Position numbers and translations under genes: made by a program. This document shows, in pieces, positions 1 through 6,256 of a DNA stretch of 40,466 nucleotides. The notes under the pieces were generated by a model that did no database searches, was not told the DNA's origin, and saw only the letters and a program-made list of their open reading frames with translations. The DNA comes from a virus (taxonomy: Duplodnaviria; Caudoviricetes), in IMG/VR virus record IMGVR_UViG_3300031260_000012, positions 1 to 40,466 of that record. One strand, 5' to 3'. How positions within the stretch are numbered: the stretch's first letter is position 1; every line of letters starts with the position of its first letter.

Positions 1-141
1 GTCCTTTCTCCTTCCATTTTGTCATTCTGCGATCGCCGTCTTTCCAGAAAAGCAACCCTTCCGGTCTCGACGGACCCCGGCCTTCCTGCACGCTCAAGAG
101 TACCCCGCCGTCAACAGCTATAGCGCCGTCGATGAAAACCA
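1..141. repeat. 141-bp exact terminal direct repeat (copy 1), probably assembly circularisation overlap
   Basis: Bases 1-141 are identical to 40326-40466, and a reading frame runs seamlessly across the junction. Confidence 0.95.
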
Positions 142-682
142 TCGGCTCATCGTAATCGCGGCGGGCGATGCTTATGGGATCGCCGTTGTATTCTTCCGTC
201 AGTACTTCAACGTCAGCAACCGTGCCAACAAAGCGGGAGACCTCAGGCGGCATCTTGAACTTGGCTTCCGTAACCGTGGTCAGCACTCCGCCTGTCTGCT
301 TGCAGTACTTCTTAACCGTGATCATGTCGCTGTCAGCTTCCCCGGGGAATGCCATCTGCACGGTGAAGTAGATAGTCCCTGCCTGAACTGAAAAATCAGC
401 GGGGACAACTTCTGTCTGCGTACCCTCGGCGTCGTCTACCGTGAGCGTTACCTTCACCTCCTTAAAATCTTCACGGCTTCCCATGCTTGAATTGATACCG
501 AGGATCTTCCCATTCTGCAGGAAATATCCGTCATACTCCGTGACCGGTGAGACTGTAAAATCATTAGCCATTGCTTTTACCTCTTCATATTGTATTGCCG
601 TTTTTGACTGCGGCTCCAATTCACAGTTTACAAAAATTGAAATAAATAGTATAGTAATGATGAGGGCTGTCCTTCCGTTCAC
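1..682 (-). CDS. Putative lipoprotein, ~230 aa, spanning the circular junction (continues at 40325 to TAA at 40315); missing from ORF track
   Basis: Hand translation from GTG at 682 (AAGGAG at 691-696): MNGRTALIITILFISIFVNC-ELEPQSKTAIQYEEVKAMANDFTVSPVTEYDGYF...KWKEKGRLF*. Hydrophobic signal ending in FVNC lipobox. Confidence 0.8.
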   Translation of the reverse strand, partial: MNGRTALIITILFISIFVNCELEPQSKTAIQYEEVKAMANDFTVSPVTEYDGYFLQNGKILGINSSMGSREDFKEVKVTLTVDDAEGTQTEVVPADFSVQAGTIYFTVQMAFPGEADSDMITVKKYCKQTGGVLTTVTEAKFKMPPEVSRFVGTVADVEVLTEEYNGDPISIARRDYDEPMVFIDGAIAVDGGVLLSVQEGRGPSRPEGLLFWKDGDRRMTKWKEKG

Positions 683-701
683 CAACAATACTCCTTGATC
701 T

Positions 702-732
702 TCCCCCCGTTAGCCTTCCGGGGGGATTTTTT
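702..732 (+). terminator. GC-rich hairpin with T-run (possible intrinsic terminator or RNA stability element)
   Basis: TCCCCCCG(702-709)/CGGGGGGA(719-726) followed by TTTTTT on the + strand, although both flanking genes are on the - strand. Confidence 0.5.
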
Positions 733-1261
733 AATCCTTCTGCATGGGCATTATTATTGCCTCGATGTTGTCGGCAACGTTTACAAATCTGATTGCCTTA
801 TCGTGATTGAGGAAATAACACTCCCATACGTAACCCGACATATCGCTGAGGAACTTGAGGTCAACAACGCTGTTTGATTTCAGAAGGAAGCTGCCTATTC
901 CCCGAGAATTCAGATACACATTCCTTTGGCAGAAATCGAAATCCCCTATGTGCGTGTTTTCCAATGTGGAATCATATACTTTCTTCCAGTTTAGAAAGTC
1001 GTTACCTTCCTTCTCGTCGAACGATAAAACGATAGCATCCTTTCCGATGTCGATATTATAGAACCCCTCTTTCATGTCCTCGTCGAAAACTTTCATTATG
1101 TGCATGCGCTTTCCGTCTGTAGCGATTATTTTCCCATCATCGACGAAACACTTTTGAAACTGTGGTCGATAACCATTCGTGTCTAACGCGCTCTGTAAAA
1201 AGCGGATATTCTTTGCAAGCCTGCTTTGTTTCTTCTTCTCGATTCTTACAAAATTATTCAT
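731..1261 (-). CDS. Protein with DNA polymerase III beta-clamp-like segment
   Basis: YRPQFQKCFVDDGKIIATDGKRMHI resembles the DnaN central-domain RP..L......ATDGHRL motif; C-terminal IIMPM resembles the clamp's terminal lvMP motif; 176 aa, about half a DnaN. Confidence 0.55.
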   Translation of the reverse strand: MNNFVRIEKKKQSRLAKNIRFLQSALDTNGYRPQFQKCFVDDGKIIATDGKRMHIMKVFDEDMKEGFYNIDIGKDAIVLSFDEKEGNDFLNWKKVYDSTLENTHIGDFDFCQRNVYLNSRGIGSFLLKSNSVVDLKFLSDMSGYVWECYFLNHDKAIRFVNVADNIEAIIMPMQKD

Positions 1262-1493
1262 TCTTCAATTCCTCCCTTACAATCTCCCTGATATAATCAG
1301 CCATATCATCATATTCTTTCTGCTGCATCCTTTTGTCATATCCCTCTTTTCTTTTAATCCATTCCTCAAATGCTACAAACCCGAAAACATGCCTATGCTT
1401 CATGTCTTTTATGTACGGCATAGCCCGCTTCATCATGCTTTCCGGTACGTCAAATTGTATCCTGACGCTTTTCTCTTCGCTCTCGATACACAA
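1254..1493 (-). CDS. Hypothetical protein (79 aa)
   Basis: GGAGG at 1502-1506 before TTG; overlaps start of next gene. Confidence 0.7.
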   Translation of the reverse strand: MCIESEEKSVRIQFDVPESMMKRAMPYIKDMKHRHVFGFVAFEEWIKRKEGYDKRMQQKEYDDMADYIREIVREELKNE

Positions 1494-1559
1494 GACATCA
1501 ACCTCCTTGTTATCATCGAAACCCAGTACTATTTAGTACTACTGATAGTGATAATAGAT

Positions 1560-1576
1560 GGGGGCATAAAGCCCCC
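1560..1576. terminator. Hairpin downstream of recT
   Basis: GGGGGC-ATAAA-GCCCCC; no strong U tail. Confidence 0.4.
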
Positions 1577-1588
1577 GTATGCTATTCC

Positions 1589-2404
1589 TTAGAATATCTC
1601 CGGCTGCTCTTCTTCCTTCTCTTCTTTCGGCGGCGCGGCAACAGGCTTTTCCTCTGTCTTGCCGGTTTTCGCTTTCAGCTTTTCTTTGACAGTCTCGGCG
1701 GTCGATTCTTTCGGCGTTACGTCCCGGGTCTGCTCCGTCATATCGTAAAACTGATCGTCTCGCATAATTACCCGCTCAATATCGGTACTCATGGGCAGGC
1801 GCTTTGCAAGTCTGCGTGTTACGGTTTTCTTTGCCATCTCTTCCCACCATTGCGACCAGGGGCCATTGTTCTTTGCCTTGGAGACGTTACGTACCTTCTC
1901 AATTTCCCGGACTGTCATCACTTCGAGATACTTCCCGCCGTCTTTTGTCCTGGCCATTGCATAGACTGCTTTTACCTTATCGCTGTCATTTTCAAGATTC
2001 GGGATGTGTTTAAAGTGCGGCCCTTCCTCGTCGTTCCAATATTCAAACTTATCGCCGTCATAGACTACGTTTGCCATGATGCTTTCCAATTCCCCGGACT
2101 GCCTGATCTTCTTGTGCACCCCTGCTATCATCGGCATGTATGCAGCCTGATCGCCGAACTTTACAAGAGCAGCCTCCCTGCCGTCGGGAATAAGTCCGTC
2201 TTGTGCGCAATCCAATACTGACTGCAGGAGACTATCCCGGTTTACCCGCAGTAGGTCCGGGTACTTCTGAACGGCCATGACCGTGATGCGCATGAACTTC
2301 TCTTTTGTCACGTGATCTGGTAGCAAGCTCTCGATCTTGCGGCTATACGCTGCAATCTGATGCTCAAACTGAGCCACCGGTGACAATGCTTTTTCTTCTG
2401 CCAT
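1589..2404 (-). CDS. recT: RecT-family single-strand annealing protein
   Basis: LLPDHVTKEKFMR, CAQDGLIPDGREAALV, ANVVYDGDKF, GPWSQWWEEMAKKTVTRRLAKRLPMS motifs; start moved to ATG 2404 (AAGGAG at 2413-2418). Confidence 0.93.
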   Translation of the reverse strand: MAEEKALSPVAQFEHQIAAYSRKIESLLPDHVTKEKFMRITVMAVQKYPDLLRVNRDSLLQSVLDCAQDGLIPDGREAALVKFGDQAAYMPMIAGVHKKIRQSGELESIMANVVYDGDKFEYWNDEEGPHFKHIPNLENDSDKVKAVYAMARTKDGGKYLEVMTVREIEKVRNVSKAKNNGPWSQWWEEMAKKTVTRRLAKRLPMSTDIERVIMRDDQFYDMTEQTRDVTPKESTAETVKEKLKAKTGKTEEKPVAAPPKEEKEEEQPEIF

Positions 2405-2409
2405 TGTAA

Positions 2410-2622
2410 TTACTCCTTGTCTATTTTGTGAGCCGTCCACATACGGCCCCTATTTATATATCCTAAAATTGTTCTAAAGGTCATAGACGTAATAAAGCCT
2501 GAATGCTTGGGATTACTTATTATGCTACCGATGTAAAAAAACTTTTCCCCATGATCTAAAAGCTGCACAAGATCGGCCATTGATTCTACCTGCCTGCCTA
2601 ATTCATATTTCTTCTTGCTCAT
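2410..2622 (-). CDS. Hypothetical protein (70 aa)
   Basis: ATGA overlap with the exonuclease stop; fills the gap to recT. Confidence 0.65.
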   Translation of the reverse strand: MSKKKYELGRQVESMADLVQLLDHGEKFFYIGSIISNPKHSGFITSMTFRTILGYINRGRMWTAHKIDKE

Positions 2623-3536
2623 CGAAAAACCCTTGTACTCGATTCTTTTTTATACTGTTCGTATAAATCGCCGTGATCCTTCTGAAAAGCCTTGCTGTCA
2701 AACCTTCTTGCAGTCTGCCATTTCCATGTATGTGCTTTCTTCCCTGCGATATTAAGTACGGCATGGTCTTCCATGTATTTCTGTATCTCAAACTTTACGG
2801 TATCTATCTTGGCGTCGATGTTTTTAGCGGCAGTTTTATACGCTGACAGCTTCCGGGCCATCTCTTCAATTTCCGGCGTCGCCTCTATTGCATCGTCAAC
2901 GGTATCTTTCCAGCGGCGCTGTAGGTCTGTAAGGTTCTGCGGTTCCGGGCGTATTCCCTTTGTAAAATTATCCCAAAAGTGAGCGTAGACCTCAATCATC
3001 ATATCGGCTATTTCTTTATCAAACTCAAAGCGATAGACCTTGAGACTGTTACCGCCGACAACCGCAGCAAGATCGCAGCCATGGCGGAACTGCGGGAATA
3101 GCGTGTAATGATGCCCCTGGATGTAGTAGTATTCCGGGACTTGATCTGTGTACTCTTCCCCCCAATCTCCGAATCGGAAAACCATGCTATCGACGTTCTT
3201 ACATTCAAGCACTTTTTTCTTGCCTACGATTCTACGGTCAACGTTAGCCCGTATAAAATCGTACTTGTCATGCACCAGGATTCTATTGACGTTTGCGATC
3301 CGCTCCCCTTCCCGGTCGGCATACCATTCCGCTATGACGGGCTCCATACGGCGGCCTGCTTCCATTCTCTCGGTATCTTCTGCCGGCGGAATTTCTCCCT
3401 TTTTCTCAGAATAGACTTGATCGGCAGTCTTGTACGGATTCATTCCCATGATAGCAGCACCGTCGCTTCCGCCTATACCGTGTGATCTTTCGGCAAGCCA
3501 TTCCTCACGGCTCATATCTTTTTTGTCTATGTCCAT
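2619..3536 (-). CDS. YqaJ-like viral recombinase/exonuclease (RecT partner)
   Basis: WLAERSHGIGGSD, GRRMEPVIA, ANVDR...LECKN, VPEYYYIQ motifs. Confidence 0.93.
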   Translation of the reverse strand: MDIDKKDMSREEWLAERSHGIGGSDGAAIMGMNPYKTADQVYSEKKGEIPPAEDTERMEAGRRMEPVIAEWYADREGERIANVNRILVHDKYDFIRANVDRRIVGKKKVLECKNVDSMVFRFGDWGEEYTDQVPEYYYIQGHHYTLFPQFRHGCDLAAVVGGNSLKVYRFEFDKEIADMMIEVYAHFWDNFTKGIRPEPQNLTDLQRRWKDTVDDAIEATPEIEEMARKLSAYKTAAKNIDAKIDTVKFEIQKYMEDHAVLNIAGKKAHTWKWQTARRFDSKAFQKDHGDLYEQYKKESSTRVFR

Positions 3537-3554
3537 GTCATACTCCTTGATAGT

Positions 3555-3582
3555 ATTGTATCACATTGTACTAATTAGTCAA
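3555..3582 (-). promoter_or_regulatory. Sigma70-type promoter for exonuclease-recT operon with TACAATGTGATA box
   Basis: TTGACT-16 nt-TACAAT with TGn extension, followed by AAGGAG RBS. Confidence 0.7.
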
Positions 3583-3587
3583 GTATT

Positions 3588-3662
3588 TTCCCCGCGCCGG
3601 ACTTGAACCGGCAGACCGCGCCGGGCCGCTTTACGCGTCTCATCGCCTGCGGATACGGGGGA
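3588..3662 (-). ncRNA. Degenerate tRNA-sized element with intact T-arm
   Basis: GCCGG-TTCAAGT-CCGGC T-arm; partial acceptor-like pairing TCCCC/GGGGA; D and anticodon arms not canonical; overlaps the VRR-NUC 3' end. Confidence 0.35.
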
Positions 3663-3951
3663 TGATCTTTTCCACTTCTTCTACACTGCGAACCGTGTAT
3701 ACCTTCTGTAAGTGCATATTCAGGACAGCGTGCATATCGTCCTGTTCTGCCGATGTTTTCCCGTCGCTTGTTTTTATTTCAAGCCATACCTGGTACCCAT
3801 GGCGTATACACAAAAGATCAGGCGTACCGGCAGGCGCAAGGCGGATATGCCGGTTCCCCTTGCGCACTGTCCCGGCGTTCATGCGGAAAACAAGAAAGCC
3901 GTTAATCTGTAGGAATTCTATGATCTGTTTTTGTATTTCTGATTCAAGCAT
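3640..3951 (-). CDS. VRR-NUC domain nuclease
   Basis: ESEIQKQI...GTPDLL...LEIKT...SAEQ...VRSVEEV pattern. Confidence 0.9.
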   Translation of the reverse strand: MLESEIQKQIIEFLQINGFLVFRMNAGTVRKGNRHIRLAPAGTPDLLCIRHGYQVWLEIKTSDGKTSAEQDDMHAVLNMHLQKVYTVRSVEEVEKIIPRIRRR

Positions 3952-4061
3952 TTTACCTCTAAAATAATGCCGGGGCGATAATTCCCGGCTGCACGGCTAT
4001 TACTACTGTTGCCCTGAGCAACGCAGCAGGGCCTTGACCGTAGCCAACAGCAAACGGTTTA

Positions 4062-4218
4062 TGGAACCGGCAGGATTCGAACCTGCATGACAGCAGTACC
4101 GTCTTTATGCGCTGCTCCACATAGAGACTGGTGTGTAGATTGTCACGTCTACTTTACGGGGTTAACCTGATAGGCATATAGTCCCCGGCGTCTACCATTT
4201 TTATTCCGCCACGGTTCC
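4062..4218 (-). ncRNA. 157-nt tRNA-like RNA with expanded, pseudoknot-capable middle domain
   Basis: Perfect 7-bp acceptor GGAACCG/CGGTTCC plus discriminator A; Leu-type D arm GCGGAA..GGTAGACGC; T arm GCAGG-TTCGAAT-CCTGC; ~100 nt between D and T arms with no canonical 7-nt anticodon loop. Confidence 0.75.
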
Positions 4219-4283
4219 AAATTGCCCCTGATTCCCCGGGGCCGGTAGGGGGAAAACTGGGAACCCCCATTGTATGCCAACCG

Positions 4284-4397
4284 TCAACGACGGAGTAAGG
4301 CCTCACTTGCGCGTTTCGACCAATAGTAGGCCGACACCATGTTACCATTACGGCGGAAGATTTCCGCAAGGCTTGAATAGATTATGTAGGTTTTCAT
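4284..4397 (-). CDS. Small peptide (37 aa) MKTYIIYSSLAEIFRRNGNMVSAYYWSKRASEALLRR
   Basis: Directly follows a promoter and AAGGAG RBS; below ORF-track length cutoff. Confidence 0.65.
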   Translation of the reverse strand: MKTYIIYSSLAEIFRRNGNMVSAYYWSKRASEALLRR

Positions 4398-4423
4398 TCA
4401 ATCTCCTTAACCTTGATATACTA

Positions 4424-4452
4424 ATAGTATTACATTGTAGTATAACTGTCAA
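4424..4452 (-). promoter_or_regulatory. Sigma70-type promoter for peptide + RNA cluster with TACAATGTAATA box
   Basis: TTGACA-17 nt-TACTAT. Confidence 0.8.
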
Positions 4453-4589
4453 CTATTATCTTCATCTTTTTTTATTTTTTTCGGCCTTCCGCCTTTTTTG
4501 CCGTTTTCCCTGGAAGCGGCTTTTTTTGCTTCTGATTTTGATTTCCCGCCGAGCCTTCCAAGCTCCTGCGCTGCTTGATTCTTTGACAT
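4449..4589 (-). CDS. Small basic protein (46 aa) with GRLGG/ENGKKGGRP motifs, possibly DNA-binding
   Basis: MSKNQAAQELGRLGGKSKSEAKKAASRENGKKGGRPKKIKKDEDNS*, AAGGAG RBS; not in ORF track. Confidence 0.75.
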   Translation of the reverse strand: MSKNQAAQELGRLGGKSKSEAKKAASRENGKKGGRPKKIKKDEDNS

Positions 4590-4631
4590 AAATGCTCCTT
4601 ATTTGTGCCCCCATTGCGGGGGCTTTATTGT

Positions 4632-5084
4632 CTATCGTGTTGCTATCATCATGGCCGCTTCTGAAGCGTTCCAGCATCGTCCAACAAAAGAGCCAGAGTC
4701 TCCGGATTCCCATACTGTGATCCCTCTTCCGTCGTCGTTTCCTATCATATAATTAGTCCCTTCTACATCTATCAGATAATTGTCTTTTACTTGTGCAAGC
4801 GCCTTTTCAACTGCCGGAGTCATCGCAGATTTTATTTCCTTTTCCACTGAATCGGCATACCGTACAAAGGTAAAAGTATTTCCACCGCAAAGAACTTCAC
4901 CAGTAGCATGGTCATAGTGTACATTGCTAAACTGAATAGCGAACTCTTCAACTGCTTTTTTATTCACAGAAGCATCACGAATAGTAAAAATTATCCGTGA
5001 ATAGTTTGCGCTTACGCTTACCATTCTTGCATTGTAACCTAATTCCTCTTTAAGTTGTTTCCTGATTTCCTTAACGTCTTTCAT
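4632..5084 (-). CDS. Early protein, possibly LPD29-like (polyvalent-protein-associated domain)
   Basis: AAGGAGG RBS; KEIRKQLKE...VSVS...TIRD pattern recalls LPD29; family call is tentative. Confidence 0.5.
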   Translation of the reverse strand: MKDVKEIRKQLKEELGYNARMVSVSANYSRIIFTIRDASVNKKAVEEFAIQFSNVHYDHATGEVLCGGNTFTFVRYADSVEKEIKSAMTPAVEKALAQVKDNYLIDVEGTNYMIGNDDGRGITVWESGDSGSFVGRCWNASEAAMMIATR

Positions 5085-5110
5085 GTCGTCCTCCTTAACC
5101 TTATAAATAT

Positions 5111-5139
5111 AGTATATACCTAACCGGTTAGGTTGTCAA
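5111..5139 (-). promoter_or_regulatory. Near-consensus promoter whose spacer is a perfect 16-bp palindrome (operator)
   Basis: TTGACA-ACCTAACCGGTTAGGT-A-TATACT; palindrome at 5118-5133. Confidence 0.85.
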
Positions 5140-5177
5140 GCGCAAAGTGATATTATTTTTACGTTTTTTTCCGTTTG

Positions 5178-5206
5178 TTGACATGCCCCACATATAGGGG
5201 TAGTCT
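5178..5206 (+). promoter_or_regulatory. Putative promoter of lysis cassette
   Basis: TTGACA-17 nt-TAGTCT, then GAGG RBS before ATG 5221. Confidence 0.6.
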
Positions 5207-5220
5207 ATACAAGAGGCGCT

Positions 5221-5574
5221 ATGGATCAGGAAATAAAAGATTATTTAGACCAGCTTGAAAAACAACTAACAGGGCTCTTTGCAGGCATGGAAAAACGACT
5301 CGAAGAGAAGATTGAAAACTTTATCCGGCAATCAAGGTCAGAACACAACAACATCAGCGAACAGCATAGAAATTTCCAGGCTGATATCAAGCAGCTATAT
5401 GGCAGGACTGATCTACTTGAGAAAAACCATATAATGGTAGAGGGTAGGGTCAAAAACCTTGAGGAACAGTCTGAGAAAAAGGAAGTGTCCGGACGATTCC
5501 GCTGGGAAATTGCCGTTGCACTCGGTAGCATTGCCGTCGCTATTGTGTCGGTCATATTCGGGGGTGGAGGATGA
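5221..5574 (+). CDS. Coiled-coil protein with C-terminal TM helix (holin/XhlA-like lysis accessory)
   Basis: Heptad-rich body, terminal WEIAVALGSIAVAIVSVIF; first gene of coupled cassette. Confidence 0.6.
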   Translation: MDQEIKDYLDQLEKQLTGLFAGMEKRLEEKIENFIRQSRSEHNNISEQHRNFQADIKQLYGRTDLLEKNHIMVEGRVKNLEEQSEKKEVSGRFRWEIAVALGSIAVAIVSVIFGGGG

Positions 5575-6017
5575 TACTACAACGGGACGTTAGGCTGCTG
5601 CCGGAGATCCAGGAACAAGGCTGCTATTTCATGTCAATTTGTTTTTTTATCAACAAATTTAAAAACAACGCATGGACTACTGACGGGCTGAATGAGTTTT
5701 ACAAAACTATGGTACATATCGGCGCTATAAATGCCGACGGAGATTTTACCAGCGTAGCCGAAGATGATTCAATGATCATGGACCCTGAACGTATTTTCCG
5801 CATGAAGGGACTTGACGTCAGATACAACGACCGTCATGATCCTCCGTCTTACACTTGCGATTCTAATGAGTTTGAGATTCTCAAATTTACCAGGGGACGC
5901 TATGCGCACTTTGTCTGTGGAGACGGTGCCGGCCATGTAACGTACGATCCATGGGGTGATAGTAATACCGTCAGATTCGGGGCGCTCCATAGCAAGCGGA
6001 TATTCAGGAGGTTGTGA
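5571..6017 (+). CDS. DUF261-like papain/C39-fold cysteine hydrolase, candidate endolysin
   Basis: Q...IQEQGCYFMS, HFV, YDPW give a Gln/Cys/His/Asp arrangement; lies between membrane-protein genes. Confidence 0.6.
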   Translation: MILQRDVRLLPEIQEQGCYFMSICFFINKFKNNAWTTDGLNEFYKTMVHIGAINADGDFTSVAEDDSMIMDPERIFRMKGLDVRYNDRHDPPSYTCDSNEFEILKFTRGRYAHFVCGDGAGHVTYDPWGDSNTVRFGALHSKRIFRRL

Positions 6018-6256
6018 TGCTGTCAAAGATATGGACCGGTCTTGACCATAAGGGGCGCATTGCCACCGTTATAGGATTTCTGTTTTCAATCCCTTACAAT
6101 GCCCGGTTTATGTACCATTTTTTTACCGGGGTTATTTACACCAGGGAACAATTGGAGGCGGTTATTATTGTCAATGTGCTTGCGATGATATGGTTTATCC
6201 TGCCGTCGAAAATTATCATAGAAGGGCCGAAAATTAAAATATCTGTGGAGGATTAA
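6014..6256 (+). CDS. Two-TM small membrane protein, putative holin
   Basis: Two hydrophobic stretches, 80 aa, charged C-terminus. Confidence 0.6.
   Translation: MMLSKIWTGLDHKGRIATVIGFLFSIPYNARFMYHFFTGVIYTREQLEAVIIVNVLAMIWFILPSKIIIEGPKIKISVED

Noticed and set aside
3990-4061. Theta/HDV-like or hammerhead ribozyme in the tRNA trailer
   Set aside because: I could not find the HDV nested pseudoknot or CUGANGA/GAAA cores by eye; a covariance search is still worthwhile.
4062-4218. Canonical tRNA-Leu, tmRNA or group I intron-containing tRNA
   Set aside because: No 7-nt anticodon loop, too short for tmRNA or a self-splicing intron, and removing a simple segment did not restore a canonical anticodon arm.
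4154-4369. 71-aa - strand ORF, plus 4274-4591 (+) and 4462-4713 (-)
   Set aside because: No RBS; they overlap better-supported small ORFs and structured RNA.
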